Source: Desulfosarcina sp. (lineage in GTDB: Bacteria; Desulfobacterota; Desulfobacteria; Desulfobacterales; Desulfosarcinaceae). From it: a stretch of DNA of 41,290 nucleotides. The stretch covers positions 1 to 41,290 of the forward strand of contig JAGTUY010000273.1 in NCBI GenBank assembly GCA_018224455.1. The letters run 5' to 3'. A model generated the notes under the pieces. That model saw only the letters and a list, made by a program, of their open reading frames with translations, was not told where the DNA came from and ran no database searches. Shown here in pieces: positions 26,866 to 37,639 of the stretch (its first letter is position 1; the number at the start of each line of letters is the position of its first letter). The translations under genes and the position numbers were made by a program.

Positions 26866-28179
26866 ATGAGAAATCGATCCATCACCGTAAGCGTATTCGT
26901 CGCCTTGTTAATGCTGCTATCGATTCGTCAGACCGATGCCGGATCGGCACCGGTCTATTTGGTTCGGATCAGCGGAGCCATCTCTCCCGGCAATGCCGAT
27001 TTTCTGGATTTGGCCATCCACAAGGCCAATGCGGAAGGCGCCGGCTGTCTCATCGTGATGCTGGACACCCCCGGCGGCCTGGCCGAATCCATGCGCAAGA
27101 TGGTCATGGCTATCTATGAAAGCAGGATCCCGGTGGTCGTTTACGTAGCGCCTTCGGGCGCCCGGGCGGCATCCGCCGGGGTGATGATCACCATGGCCGC
27201 CGATGTGGCCGCCATGGCGCCGGGGACCCACATCGGGGCTGCCCACCCGGTCAACGCCGGCGGCAAGGATCTGGGTGAAACCATGGCCGAGAAGGTCACC
27301 AACGACATGGTGGCCTTCGTGAAAAGCATCGCCGAAAAGCGTGAGCGGAACATCGAGTGGGCCGAGAAGGCGGTGCGTGAAAGCGTGTCGGTGACGGAAA
27401 CCGAAGCCCTTGAGAAAAAGATTATCGACCTGGTGGCCAGGGATGTGGACGACCTGGTCGCCCAGATCAACGGTCTCGAGATCAAGGGTAAAGCACTGGT
27501 CGATATCGACCCGGCCAATCGGATATGGATTGCCGAATCGATGAGAACCCGGATCCTCAAAGCCCTCAGCGACCCCAATATCGCTTACATCCTGATGATG
27601 ATCGGCCTGGCCGGCCTCTATTTCGAGTTGTCCCATCCGGGCGTTATCCTGCCGGGGGTCATCGGCAGCATCGCCCTCATCCTGGCCTTTTACTCTTTTC
27701 AGACCCTGCCGGTGAATATCGCCGGCGTCCTGCTGATCCTGCTGGCCCTGATCTTTTTTATCATGGAAATGAAAATCGCCAGCTACGGCCTGCTCAGCGT
27801 GGCGGGCCTCATCAGCCTGCTGTTGGGATCCTTGATGCTTTTTGACCGGACGGGCGGGCAAATCGGTATTTCGTGGACCGTCATCGTGCCGACCATCAGC
27901 CTCGTGGGGGGCTTTTTCGTGGTGGTGGCCGGGCTGGTATTTCGCTCCCGAATCCGCCGGCCCATGACGGGGGAGTCGGGGTTGATCGGTGAAACCGGTG
28001 TGGTGAAAACGCCCTTGACACCCACAGGCCGGATTCAGGTTCACGGTGAAGTGTGGTTCGCCCGATGCCGAACGCCGCTGACCGTCGGTCAGCGGGTCCG
28101 TGTGACGGCGGTGGACGGCCTGACCCTGGAGGTGGAACCGGAGGCATCGGTCGCAGGACCCAAAGGGATCTCGCCATAG
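26866..28179 (+). CDS. nfeD: NfeD family membrane-bound serine protease (long form)
   Basis: Signal peptide, LDTPGG, ARAASAG, IGAAHPV, TM region and C-terminal OB fold (VHGEVW). Paired with a stomatin gene. Confidence 0.9.
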   Translation: MRNRSITVSVFVALLMLLSIRQTDAGSAPVYLVRISGAISPGNADFLDLAIHKANAEGAGCLIVMLDTPGGLAESMRKMVMAIYESRIPVVVYVAPSGARAASAGVMITMAADVAAMAPGTHIGAAHPVNAGGKDLGETMAEKVTNDMVAFVKSIAEKRERNIEWAEKAVRESVSVTETEALEKKIIDLVARDVDDLVAQINGLEIKGKALVDIDPANRIWIAESMRTRILKALSDPNIAYILMMIGLAGLYFELSHPGVILPGVIGSIALILAFYSFQTLPVNIAGVLLILLALIFFIMEMKIASYGLLSVAGLISLLLGSLMLFDRTGGQIGISWTVIVPTISLVGGFFVVVAGLVFRSRIRRPMTGESGLIGETGVVKTPLTPTGRIQVHGEVWFARCRTPLTVGQRVRVTAVDGLTLEVEPEASVAGPKGISP

Positions 28180-28272
28180 CCGGCGGTACCGGACGGATCG
28201 CCTCCAATTGGTTCTCACCCTTTACTCATCAATCGCGCCATCAGTCGCCCAGTCGGGCTAAAGGAGGAATTC

Positions 28273-29031
28273 ATGCTTCCAACCATCGGTGCCGTTGTCT
28301 TGGTCGTTATTTTTCTTTCCGCCGCCCTCAGGATCCTGAACGAATATGAGCGGGGGGTCATTTTTCGCCTCGGCCGGGTCATCCAGGCCAAGGGGCCGGG
28401 GTTGATCATTCTTATTCCCATCGTGGACAAGATGGTCAAGGTGAGCATGCGGCTGGTGGCCATGGATGTGGACCCCCAGGACGTGATTACCCTGGACAAT
28501 GTGTCGGTGAAGGTCAACGCGGTGATCTATTTTCGGGTGATCGGCCCCATCAAGGCCATCGTGGAGGTGGAAGACTACTCCTATGCCATCGCCCAGCTGG
28601 CACAGACCACCCTGCGCAGTGTCTGCGGCCAGGCCGAACTGGACGAACTCCTCTCGGCCCGGGAGAAAATCAACGCCAAGCTTCAGGAGATCCTGGACAC
28701 CCACACCGACCCCTGGGGCATCAAGGTGGCCAACGTGGAGCTCAAGCACATCGACCTGCCCCAGGAGATGCAGCGGTCCATGGCCAAGCAGGCCGAGGCC
28801 GAACGGGAACGGCGGGCCAAGGTGATCAACGCAGAAGGCGAATTCCAGGCTGCCGACCGCCTGGCCGCGGCGGCCAAGATCATCGACCAGTATCCCACCG
28901 CCATTCAGCTGCGCTACCTGCAGACCATGCGGGAGATGTCCGCCGAGCAGAACACGACCACCATTTTTCCCCTGCCCCTGGATCTGTTCAGGCCATTCCT
29001 GAAGTTGGTGGAAAAGGGAAACAAAGATTGA
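28273..29031 (+). CDS. SPFH/stomatin (slipin) family protein
   Basis: [46 protein letters not shown] and LRYLQT. AAGGAGG RBS. Confidence 0.95.
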   Translation: MLPTIGAVVLVVIFLSAALRILNEYERGVIFRLGRVIQAKGPGLIILIPIVDKMVKVSMRLVAMDVDPQDVITLDNVSVKVNAVIYFRVIGPIKAIVEVEDYSYAIAQLAQTTLRSVCGQAELDELLSAREKINAKLQEILDTHTDPWGIKVANVELKHIDLPQEMQRSMAKQAEAERERRAKVINAEGEFQAADRLAAAAKIIDQYPTAIQLRYLQTMREMSAEQNTTTIFPLPLDLFRPFLKLVEKGNKD

Positions 29032-29037
29032 TCCCTA

Positions 29038-29067
29038 TTGACACGTTAGGTGGGATGGGATTACTAA
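29038..29067 (+). promoter_or_regulatory. Candidate sigma70 promoter for the HAD-xerC-hslVU-arg run
   Basis: TTGACA-N18-TACTAA immediately after the stomatin stop. Confidence 0.35.
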
Positions 29068-29138
29068 GATGGTTTTTGCTGAAAATGGTGACCGATTTGG
29101 CGGGGTGCGCGTGGTACCCACGATCGGGGTTTCGTTAA

Positions 29139-29255
29139 ATTCGGGAAATCAAAGCCCTTAAAAGGGAAATCGCGGCAGAAAAAGACCGCAAGAAATCCGG
29201 CATTCTGCGCCGCCAGATCTCGCGGTTGAAGAAAAAAACACGCAAAGTGGCCTGA
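29139..29255 (+). pseudogene. Start-less coding remnant: basic helical C-terminal tail (IREIKALKREIAAEKDRKKSGILRRQISRLKKKTRKVA*)
   Basis: 38 protein-like codons ending in TGA shortly before the HAD RBS, preceded directly by an in-frame TAA (29136-29138). From recall it resembles the C-terminus of small Rho-N-domain proteins of Desulfobacterota; not verified. Confidence 0.45.
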
Positions 29256-29287
29256 AGGGCCGACAGTTGGGAGGCCAGGAAAGACCG

Positions 29288-29860
29288 ATGATTGATCCGG
29301 CGGCACTTGCCTTTGACATCGATGGTGTAATCGCCGACACCATGCACCTGTTTCTGGATATCCTCAGGGATCACTACGATGTCCACACGGTGCGATACGA
29401 CGACATCACCTGCTACCGGCTGGAACATTGCCTGGATCTGGACGGGGACGTTCTGGAGGGGGCGGTAGCCCGGATTCTCGACGGGGGGTACCGGGCGGTG
29501 CTGAAACCCATTCCCGGCGCCGGGCCGGTGTTGAGGCGCATCGGTGAGGCGACGGGGCGCATCTTGATGGTGACGGCCCGGCCCGAGCCGGGTCCCATCG
29601 AGCGCTGGATGAACCACCTGCTCGATGGTCAGTATCGCCGGGCCAGAATCGTGGCAACCGGTTCATTCGAGGCCAAAACCGACGTGCTGCTGGAAAACGG
29701 GATCAAATGGTTCGTGGAGGATCGCCTGGAAACCTGTCACCTGCTCAACGCTGCCGGTATCGCGCCCGTCGTGTTCCGCCAGCCATGGAACCAGGAACCC
29801 CATGATTACCTTCAGGTGGAATCCTGGCAGGAACTCGAACAGCGGATCGCTTTCCCATGA
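29288..29860 (+). CDS. HAD-superfamily hydrolase (5'(3')-nucleotidase-like)
   Basis: FDIDGVIADT (motif I), VTAR (II), K (III), VEDR (IV) and PWN. Confidence 0.82.
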   Translation: MIDPAALAFDIDGVIADTMHLFLDILRDHYDVHTVRYDDITCYRLEHCLDLDGDVLEGAVARILDGGYRAVLKPIPGAGPVLRRIGEATGRILMVTARPEPGPIERWMNHLLDGQYRRARIVATGSFEAKTDVLLENGIKWFVEDRLETCHLLNAAGIAPVVFRQPWNQEPHDYLQVESWQELEQRIAFP

Positions 29861-30786
29861 CGCGGATCGAGCTGACAGAACAGATTGACTTTTTCCTGCA
29901 GTCCTTGGCTGCGGAAAAGGGCTATTCCACCCACACTATTCGGGCGTACGGCCATGATCTGGCAGAGTTCGCCGCCTATGCCGCCCGCACGGCAGGCCTG
30001 TCCGGAGAAGCAACCAAACGGTCGCTGACCATTGGCGACGTCGACAACCTGACGGTGAGGGGGTACCTGGGGCTTCTGCACCGCAAGAACGAGAAGGTTA
30101 CCATTGCCCGCAAACTGTCGGCGCTGCGATCCTTTTTTCGTCACCTGGTGAGACACCGCTTGACCGATGAAGATCCCACGGCCGCCATCCTGACGCCCAA
30201 GCACAGTCGGCGGATGCCATCCTACCTGTCCGTTGACGACATGTTTCGCCTGCTGGATCAGACGGCCGACGACACCGTGCTGGGACTGCGCAACCGGGCT
30301 CTGTTTGAAACGCTTTACGGATCGGGAATCCGGGTGTCAGAACTGACCGGCCTGAATGTGTTCGATGTCGATTTTTCCTCAGGATGTCTACGGGTGTCGG
30401 GAAAAGGGGGCCGTGAGCGAATCGTGCCGGTGGGTGAAAAAGCGCTGAATCGCATTCAAACCTACCGGGATCGGCTCTTTGCCCGGACCGGCATCGGCAT
30501 GGCGGTCGATGGCCCGCTCTATTTAAACAAGAACAAGGGCCGGCTGAGCTCGCGTTCCGTGGCCCGGATTCTGGAAGCATTGATTCGCAAGTGCAGTCTG
30601 GCGGTGCCGATTTCCCCCCACGGCATCCGGCACAGCTTCGCCACCCACATGCTGGACGCGGGCGCAGATCTGCGCACCGTTCAGAAACTGCTGGGTCACA
30701 AGAGCCTGTCAACTACCCAAAAATACACCCATGTAAGCATTGACCGACTGATGGCGGCTTACGACAGCGCCCACCCCAGGCGATAG
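29857..30786 (+). CDS. xerC: Tyrosine recombinase XerC
   Basis: GIRVSEL, GKG..ER, HGIRHSFATH, LGH and TTQKYTH. Canonical xerC-hslV-hslU context. Confidence 0.92.
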   Translation: MTRIELTEQIDFFLQSLAAEKGYSTHTIRAYGHDLAEFAAYAARTAGLSGEATKRSLTIGDVDNLTVRGYLGLLHRKNEKVTIARKLSALRSFFRHLVRHRLTDEDPTAAILTPKHSRRMPSYLSVDDMFRLLDQTADDTVLGLRNRALFETLYGSGIRVSELTGLNVFDVDFSSGCLRVSGKGGRERIVPVGEKALNRIQTYRDRLFARTGIGMAVDGPLYLNKNKGRLSSRSVARILEALIRKCSLAVPISPHGIRHSFATHMLDAGADLRTVQKLLGHKSLSTTQKYTHVSIDRLMAAYDSAHPRR

Positions 30787-30806
30787 AAAGGATCCGGGCT
30801 TCATTC

Positions 30807-31370
30807 ATGTCCCATCATCCCAAGCAACATTCACCGCGATTTCATGGCACCACCATCCTGGCTGTCCGGTCGGAGAAGGGGGTGGTCATGGCTGGTGACG
30901 GCCAGGTGACCCTGAACAACACGGTCATCAAGCACAATGCCCGCAAGGTTCGGCGTATTTACAACGACACCATTCTGGTGGGGTTTGCCGGTGCCACTGC
31001 CGACGCCCTGACCCTGACCGAGAAACTGGAGCAGAAACTGGAGCGCTACAACGGGAACCTAACCCGGTCGGCCGTTGAACTGGCCCGAGATTGGCGGGCG
31101 GATAAATACCTGCGCCGCTTAGAGGCCTTGATGATTGCCGTGGACGGCACGTCCATGCTGCTCATATCGGGAAATGGGGATGTCATTGAACCAGACGAGG
31201 GCATTGTGGCCATTGGTTCGGGCGCTGTGGCCGCCCAGGCCTCGGCTACGGCCCTTTTCCATCAGACCGAATTGGACGTGCGCCGGATTGTCGAGGTGTC
31301 CATGCAAATCGCCGCGTCCCTGTGTGTATTTACCAACGATCGTATTACCATTGAAGCGATTGATCCATGA
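30807..31370 (+). CDS. hslV: ATP-dependent protease peptidase subunit HslV
   Basis: [35 protein letters not shown] and AIGSG. Confidence 0.96.
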   Translation: MSHHPKQHSPRFHGTTILAVRSEKGVVMAGDGQVTLNNTVIKHNARKVRRIYNDTILVGFAGATADALTLTEKLEQKLERYNGNLTRSAVELARDWRADKYLRRLEALMIAVDGTSMLLISGNGDVIEPDEGIVAIGSGAVAAQASATALFHQTELDVRRIVEVSMQIAASLCVFTNDRITIEAIDP

Positions 31371-32731
31371 ATGACTTAAAACCCATTGATATTGTGGCCG
31401 AACTGGACAAATACATCATCGGCCAGAATGATGCCAAGCGATCCGTCGCCATCGCCTTGAGAAACCGATGGCGTCGCCAGCAGGTGCCTGATTCGCTTAG
31501 GGATGAAATCGCCCCCAAGAACATTATCCTGATCGGCCCCACCGGGGTGGGCAAGACGGAAATTGCCCGGCGCCTCTCGCGGCTCAGCGACTCACCGTTT
31601 TTCAAGGTGGAGGCGTCCAAATTCACCGAGGTGGGATATGTGGGTCGGGATGTGGAGTCCATGGTCCGTGACCTCTTGGAACTGACGGTCAACGCTGTTC
31701 GCACAGCCGAGCAGGAGGCTGTCACGGACAAGGCATGGCGCATCGCCGAAGAGCGGATGTTGGACCTGCTGCTGCCCAAGGCCGATCGTGGTCGAGCGGA
31801 CGCGGCGGGAGAAGGCGGACTGGAAGTGGTCAACACTTCCGCTGACGCGGCTTCGTCCACACGGGAGAAGCTGCGTAAGATGCTGCAGGCAGGAAAAATG
31901 GACAGTCGTTATGTCGACCTGGACGTGGCCGAGCGCAACATGCCCATGGTCGAGATTTTCTCCAACGTCGGCATGGAGGAGATGGGATTCAACTTCAAGG
32001 ATATGCTGGGTTCCCTGCTGCCCAAGAACACCCGCCGCCGAAAGATCAAAGTGCCCGAAGCCATGAAGACCATGGCGGCGGAAGAGGCCCAGAACCTGGT
32101 GGACATGGACAGGGTGATCCAGGATGCGATCGCCAAAGTGGAACAGTCCGGAATCATTTTCCTGGACGAGATTGACAAGATCGCCGGCAACGGCAAAGGG
32201 CACGGTCCGGATGTCTCCCGGGAGGGGGTTCAGCGGGACCTATTGCCCATTGTGGAGGGTTCCACGGTGAACACCAAGTACGGACCGGTGAAGACCGACC
32301 ACATTCTGTTCATCGCTTCCGGCGCCTTTCACACCATCAAGCCCTCTGACCTGATCCCGGAGCTCCAGGGACGGTTTCCCATCCGGGTGACCCTGGATGC
32401 GCTGAACCGCATGGATTTTGTACGCATTCTGACGGAGCCGAAGAACGCGCTGCTGCTGCAGTATATCGCCTTGCTCAAAACAGAGGGCGTGGAACTGGTC
32501 TTCTCCGACAACGCGGTCGAAAGGATTGCCGAGATTGCCGAGGAGGTGAATGTCCGTACGGAGAATATCGGTGCCCGGCGCCTTCACACGCTCATGGAAC
32601 GCCTGCTCGAAGACGTCCTTTTCGACGCCCCCGATGTGCCGCATGCGCACCTGACGGTGGATGATGCATACGTTGGGGAAAAGCTCAAAGCGATTAAGGA
32701 TGATGAGGATCTGAGTCGGTATATACTCTAA
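31367..32731 (+). CDS. hslU: ATP-dependent protease ATPase subunit HslU
   Basis: [17 protein letters not shown] pore loop, [23 protein letters not shown] and DLSRYIL C-terminus. Confidence 0.97.
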   Translation: MNDLKPIDIVAELDKYIIGQNDAKRSVAIALRNRWRRQQVPDSLRDEIAPKNIILIGPTGVGKTEIARRLSRLSDSPFFKVEASKFTEVGYVGRDVESMVRDLLELTVNAVRTAEQEAVTDKAWRIAEERMLDLLLPKADRGRADAAGEGGLEVVNTSADAASSTREKLRKMLQAGKMDSRYVDLDVAERNMPMVEIFSNVGMEEMGFNFKDMLGSLLPKNTRRRKIKVPEAMKTMAAEEAQNLVDMDRVIQDAIAKVEQSGIIFLDEIDKIAGNGKGHGPDVSREGVQRDLLPIVEGSTVNTKYGPVKTDHILFIASGAFHTIKPSDLIPELQGRFPIRVTLDALNRMDFVRILTEPKNALLLQYIALLKTEGVELVFSDNAVERIAEIAEEVNVRTENIGARRLHTLMERLLEDVLFDAPDVPHAHLTVDDAYVGEKLKAIKDDEDLSRYIL

Positions 32732-32744
32732 TAAAGGATCCGCC

Positions 32745-33641
32745 ATGACAGCAGACCCCACCCCCCCCCACTCAACCGTCGCGGACATCCTCATCGAGGC
32801 GCTGCCTTATATCCGCAAGTTCTCCGGTATGACCGTGGTGGTGAAGTACGGCGGCCACGCCATGGTTGACGAGCAGCTGAAAACCGATTTTGCCCGGGAC
32901 ATCACCCTGCTCAAGTTCATCGGTCTTAATCCGGTTGTGGTTCACGGCGGTGGCCCCCAGATCAACCGGGTTTTGGACCAGATGGGCATTCGTCCCCAGT
33001 TTGTGCGTGGTATGCGTCTCACCGACGGCCCGACCATGGACGTGGTGGAGATGGTGCTGGGCGGCAAGGTGAACAAAAGCATCGTGGCCCAGATCAACCA
33101 GCAGGGGGGCAAGGCCGTGGGGCTGAGCGGCAAGGACGGCGGGCTCATTGAAGCCAAAAAGATGCGCATCCTCCATCAGGAGGACGCGGGCAGCCCGCCC
33201 GAGATCATCGATCCGGGAATGGTGGGAGAGGTGACCCGGATCGACCCCCAGATCATCCACACCCTCTCCGAAAAGGGGTTCATCCCCATCATTGCCCCGG
33301 TGGGCGCGGGTATGGAAGGGGAAACCTACAACATCAATGCGGACCTGGTGGCCAGCCACATCGCCACGGCCCTGTCTGCCGGCCGGTTGATCCTGCTCAC
33401 CGATGTGGACGGCGTGATGGATGCCGGTGGTCGGCTGATATCCTCCATTGATGCGGCCACCATCAGCCGCATGATCACTGACGGAAGCATCAGCGGCGGC
33501 ATGATTCCGAAGATCGAATATGCCCTTTTCGCCCTGAGAAACGGCGTGAAAAAGGTGCCCATCATCAACGGCAAGCGCCGCCACGCGATACTGCTGGAGT
33601 TGTTTACTGATCGGGGGATCGGTACGGAGGTGATTGAATAA
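32745..33641 (+). CDS. argB: Acetylglutamate kinase
   Basis: EALPYI, VKYGG, VHGGGP, NINAD, LTDV, GGMIPK and GIGT. Confidence 0.96.
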   Translation: MTADPTPPHSTVADILIEALPYIRKFSGMTVVVKYGGHAMVDEQLKTDFARDITLLKFIGLNPVVVHGGGPQINRVLDQMGIRPQFVRGMRLTDGPTMDVVEMVLGGKVNKSIVAQINQQGGKAVGLSGKDGGLIEAKKMRILHQEDAGSPPEIIDPGMVGEVTRIDPQIIHTLSEKGFIPIIAPVGAGMEGETYNINADLVASHIATALSAGRLILLTDVDGVMDAGGRLISSIDAATISRMITDGSISGGMIPKIEYALFALRNGVKKVPIINGKRRHAILLELFTDRGIGTEVIE

Positions 33642-34838
33642 ATGACCGACACCATTATGCATACGGCGGACCGGGTCATTGCAGCGACCTACAAACGATT
33701 CCCCGTGGTGATGGAACGGGGCCAGGGGTGCACGCTCTGGGACACTCAGGGCCGCCGTTATACGGACTTCGTCGCCGGCTTTGCCGTGTGCAATTTAGGC
33801 CATGCCCACCCGCGTATTGCCGATGCGGTGGCCCGCCAGGCCGGGCGCCTGGTGCATGTGTCCAACCTTTACTACACCATTCCCCAGACCGAACTGGCCC
33901 GGATGTTGGTGGAACACAGTTTTGCGGACCGCGTCTTTTTCGGCAACTCCGGTGCAGAGGCAAATGAAGCAGCCATCAAGTTGGTCCGAAAATACTTTAA
34001 GGACGATGGTCAGCCGGAACGGTTTCGCATCGTTTGCATGGAAAAGTCCTTTCACGGGCGCACCATGGCAACCTTGTCCGCCACAGGGCAGGATAAAATC
34101 AAGCAGGGCTTCGACCCGGTTCTGGAAGGTTTTTCTTTCGTGCCTTTTAATGACATCGACGCCCTGGAATCGGCTATTGACGACCGCACCTGCGCCGTGA
34201 TGCTCGAGCCTATCCAGGGAGAAGGGGGCATCCGCTGCCCGGGTCCCAATTATCTCCAGAAGGTTCGACGGCTGTGCGACCAGCGCGGCGTGCTGATGAT
34301 CCTGGACGAGATCCAGACGGGCATGGGCCGAACCGGAACGCGCTTCGCCCACGACCAATACGGTGTGACGCCGGATATCATGACCCTGGCCAAGGCGCTG
34401 GCCAACGGGCTTCCCATCGGCGCTATGCTGGCCACTGAACGGGTGGCGGCCGCTTTCGGGATCGGCGCCCACGCCTCCACGTTCGGCGGGACCCCCCTGG
34501 TGGCGGCCGCCGCCCTTGAGACCCTGAAGATCATGGATGAGGAAAGGATCGTGGATCGTGCCCGGGACACCGGGACCTATTTCAAGGACGCGCTGGAACG
34601 GCTGAAGCTTCGTCACCGCCGGATTGCCGAGGTGCGGGGCAGGGGGTTGCTGCTGGGCATTCAACTGAACGGACCGGCCGATCGACTGGTCCCGGTATTG
34701 ATGGAAAAGGGTTTTTTGGTCAACTGTGTTCAGGGGGACACCCTGCGGTTCGTTCCTCCCCTGATCATCCGGCAAGATGAAATTGACGCGATGATCCAGT
34801 GCCTGGATGAGGTGCTGACGCAATCATTGGATCGGTGA
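33642..34838 (+). CDS. argD: Acetylornithine aminotransferase
   Basis: NSGAEANEAA, SFHGRT, EPIQGEGG, DEIQTG.GRTG, LAKAL (PLP Lys) and STFGG. Confidence 0.94.
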   Translation: MTDTIMHTADRVIAATYKRFPVVMERGQGCTLWDTQGRRYTDFVAGFAVCNLGHAHPRIADAVARQAGRLVHVSNLYYTIPQTELARMLVEHSFADRVFFGNSGAEANEAAIKLVRKYFKDDGQPERFRIVCMEKSFHGRTMATLSATGQDKIKQGFDPVLEGFSFVPFNDIDALESAIDDRTCAVMLEPIQGEGGIRCPGPNYLQKVRRLCDQRGVLMILDEIQTGMGRTGTRFAHDQYGVTPDIMTLAKALANGLPIGAMLATERVAAAFGIGAHASTFGGTPLVAAAALETLKIMDEERIVDRARDTGTYFKDALERLKLRHRRIAEVRGRGLLLGIQLNGPADRLVPVLMEKGFLVNCVQGDTLRFVPPLIIRQDEIDAMIQCLDEVLTQSLDR

Positions 34839-34999
34839 CGATCCAGAAAGGCATCTTTCGGCCCAGGCCGGTGTTTTCCCGATTCTGAACACGTCGTGAA
34901 GCTTTTGCGCTTTCCTCGACGCAGCGCTGCTACACCTCCGGTTTCAACATCGCTGCGGCCTTGGACTGAACCAAAATCTACCCTTTCTGAATGGTCACC
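34834..34999. mobile_element. 166-bp palindromic MITE/REP-like element
   Basis: 18-bp terminal inverted repeats: GGTGACGATCCAGAAAGG versus reverse complement GGTGACCATTCAGAAAGG (16/18). Further imperfect subterminal pairing and an internal hairpin around CGCAGCGCTGCTACA. Non-coding. Confidence 0.7.
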
Positions 35000-35026
35000 A
35001 AGAATAGAAAAACAAGGAGATCAACA

Positions 35027-36235
35027 GTGACTGAGAAGATCAATAAAGTGGTGCTGGCTTACTCGGGCGGATTGGACACATCGGTGATCCTGAGATGGCT
35101 CATCGAAACCTACGATTGCGAGGTGGTCACCTTTTCCGCTGACATCGGCCAGATCGATTCGTTGGAAAACGTGGAGGCCAATGCCATGAAAACCGGTGCG
35201 GTCAAGGCCTACGTGGATGACCTCAAGGAGACCTTCGTGAAGGATTATGTGTTTCCGGCTTTTCGGGCCAACGTCATTTACGAAGGGCAGTATCTGATGG
35301 GCACCTCCATTGCCCGGCCGCTCATCGCCAAGCGGCAGATGGAGATTGCCGCCCTGGAAGGCGCCGATGCGGTCAGCCACGGCGCCACCGGCAAAGGCAA
35401 CGACCAGGTTCGCTTTGAACTGGGTTACTACGCCATCAACCCGGATATCAAGATCATCGCGCCCTGGCGCGAATGGGACCTGAACTCTCGGACCGCGCTG
35501 ATGGTCTTCGCCGACCGTCACGGCATTCAAGTGCCCACCACCCATGCCAAACCCTACAGCACCGACGGCAACCTGCTGCATATCAGCTACGAGGGAGGTA
35601 TTCTGGAAGACCCCTGGGCCGCTCCACCGGACGACATCTTCACCATGACGGTTTCGCCCAAGGATGCCCCAGACACGCCAGAGACCATCGAGATCACCTT
35701 CGCCGACGGCGATCCGGTGGCGGTCAATGGCACTGCTCTTTCACCGGCCAACCTGCTGGCCGAGTTGAACCGCCTGGGAGGCAAACACGGCATCGGCCGC
35801 ATCGACATCGTGGAAAACCGGTTCGTGGGAATGAAATCCCGCGGGGTTTATGAAACACCGGGCGGCACCATTTTACGGCAGGCACACATCGCCATGGAAT
35901 CTATTACCATGGACCGTGAAGTCTTGAACCTGCGGGACTCTCAGATTCCGCGATATGCTCAGCTCATCTACAATGGGTTCTGGTTCTCCCCGGAGATGGA
36001 GGTGCTGCAGGGCATGATCGACAGCGCCCAGAAAAACGTATCCGGTGTGGTGCGCCTGGAGCTTTACAAAGGCAACTGCGTTGTGCGCGGCAGAAAGTCA
36101 GACCAATCCCTGTACAGTGAAGCCCACGCCACCTTCGAGGACGATGATGTTTACAGCCAGGCGGATGCCGAAGGGTTTATCCGTCTCAATGCCCTACGGC
36201 TGCGCATCCGTAAACTCATGCAACGGAAAGGGTAG
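35027..36235 (+). CDS. argG: Argininosuccinate synthase
   Basis: [31 protein letters not shown] and [21 protein letters not shown] start at 35027 with AAGGAG RBS. Confidence 0.97.
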   Translation: MTEKINKVVLAYSGGLDTSVILRWLIETYDCEVVTFSADIGQIDSLENVEANAMKTGAVKAYVDDLKETFVKDYVFPAFRANVIYEGQYLMGTSIARPLIAKRQMEIAALEGADAVSHGATGKGNDQVRFELGYYAINPDIKIIAPWREWDLNSRTALMVFADRHGIQVPTTHAKPYSTDGNLLHISYEGGILEDPWAAPPDDIFTMTVSPKDAPDTPETIEITFADGDPVAVNGTALSPANLLAELNRLGGKHGIGRIDIVENRFVGMKSRGVYETPGGTILRQAHIAMESITMDREVLNLRDSQIPRYAQLIYNGFWFSPEMEVLQGMIDSAQKNVSGVVRLELYKGNCVVRGRKSDQSLYSEAHATFEDDDVYSQADAEGFIRLNALRLRIRKLMQRKG

Positions 36236-36244
36236 GCGTGGATC

Positions 36245-37639
36245 ATGGCTGAAAAACCCTGGGACGGACGGTTTTCCGAGAAAACCGACAAAAGCGTGGA
36301 GGCGTTTACCGCCTCCATCGCCTATGACTGCCGGCTATACCCCTACGACATCGCCGGCAGCATTGCCCACTGCAGGATGCTGGCCGCAGCCGGTATCATC
36401 ACCGACGAAGAGGCCATCGGCCTGGTGGAAGGGCTGGGAATTATCAAACGGGAGTTGGATCGGGGCGAGTTCATCTTCGACGACAGCCTGGAAGACATCC
36501 ACATGCACATCGAGGCCCGACTGCTTCAAGTGGCGGGGAAGGTGGCGCAGAAGCTGCATACCGCCCGCAGCCGCAACGATCAGGTCGCCCTGGACGTGCG
36601 CATGTATCTGCGCGACGAGACGCATCGAACCATCGATCTGCTGCATACGCTGCGGACGGTGCTGGTGGATCTGGCCAACGGGCACCAGGATGTGGTCATG
36701 CCCGGTTACACCCATACCCAGCGGGCCCAGCCGGTACTGTTTGCCCACCACATGATGGCCTATTACGAGATGTTCACCCGGGATCAGGCACGCTTCTCCG
36801 ACTGTCTTGACCGTATCAACGTGATGCCGCTGGGCGCCGCGGCACTGGCAGGCACCACCTATCCCATCGACCGGCGCTATGTGGCCGATCTACTGGATTT
36901 TTCCCAGGTCAGTGCCAACAGCATGGATGCGGTGTCGGACCGTGATTTTGCTATGGAATATCTTGCGGCCGCAAGCATCTGCATGGTTCATCTGAGCCGG
37001 TTGTCCGAGGAATTGGTGCTGTGGTCCACCTCGGAATTTGGCTTTATCACCCTTTCGGATGCGTTTGCCACGGGTAGCAGCATCATGCCCCAGAAAAAAA
37101 ATCCGGACGTTCCGGAGATTGTTCGAGGAAAAACCGGTCGGGTGTTCGGTTCGCTGATAGCCCTGCTCACCCTCATGAAAAGCCTGCCCATGTCCTACAA
37201 CCGGGATATGCAGGAAGACAAGGAACCGCTCTTCGATGCCGCTGACACGATCAAGGCCTGCCTTTCCATCAACATCCAGATGATCCCCCGGATCACCGTT
37301 AACCGGGAGATCATGCGCAAGGCCGCGTCCGTCGGATTCCTCAACGCCACGGACATGGCCGATTATCTGGTGAACCAGGGCATGCCCTTTCGAAAAGCCC
37401 ACGCTTGTGTCGGAGGCGCCGTGGCCTATGCATTGGACAAGGGCAAGGAGCTGGACCAACTGACCCTGGATGAGCTCAGATCATTCTCGCCCTTGATCAA
37501 GGCGGATATTTTCGATCACCTGACCCTGGAGTTCATGATCGACCGCCGGCGGAGCCTGGGGGGAACGGCAACGGAAAACGTGGCCCGGGCGATTGCGGAG
37601 GCCAGAAAGGCGCTGGCCGGTGAAGCGAACGGTGACTGA
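36245..37639 (+). CDS. argH: Argininosuccinate lyase
   Basis: W.GRF, EDIH, HTARSRNDQ, PGYTH.Q.AQP, GSSIMPQKKNPD and YNRDMQEDK. Confidence 0.97.
   Translation: MAEKPWDGRFSEKTDKSVEAFTASIAYDCRLYPYDIAGSIAHCRMLAAAGIITDEEAIGLVEGLGIIKRELDRGEFIFDDSLEDIHMHIEARLLQVAGKVAQKLHTARSRNDQVALDVRMYLRDETHRTIDLLHTLRTVLVDLANGHQDVVMPGYTHTQRAQPVLFAHHMMAYYEMFTRDQARFSDCLDRINVMPLGAAALAGTTYPIDRRYVADLLDFSQVSANSMDAVSDRDFAMEYLAAASICMVHLSRLSEELVLWSTSEFGFITLSDAFATGSSIMPQKKNPDVPEIVRGKTGRVFGSLIALLTLMKSLPMSYNRDMQEDKEPLFDAADTIKACLSINIQMIPRITVNREIMRKAASVGFLNATDMADYLVNQGMPFRKAHACVGGAVAYALDKGKELDQLTLDELRSFSPLIKADIFDHLTLEFMIDRRRSLGGTATENVARAIAEARKALAGEANGD

Noticed and set aside
26917-28218. 433-aa minus-strand ORF
   Set aside because: Antisense shadow of nfeD caused by GC-rich codon bias. 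No recognisable motifs.
29101-29138. GTGGTACC resembling a T-box core upstream of the arg-containing operon
   Set aside because: Flanks do not form the antiterminator, and there is no stem I or terminator.
29857-30786. Tyrosine recombinase as a phage or island integrase
   Set aside because: Size, motifs and xerC-hslV-hslU context indicate housekeeping XerC. No att repeats or cargo genes nearby.
33795-34823. 342-aa minus-strand ORF (similarly 32772-33662, 22822-23691, 19113-19901, 10515-11411)
   Set aside because: These lie entirely opposite well-conserved genes and have typical shadow-ORF composition.
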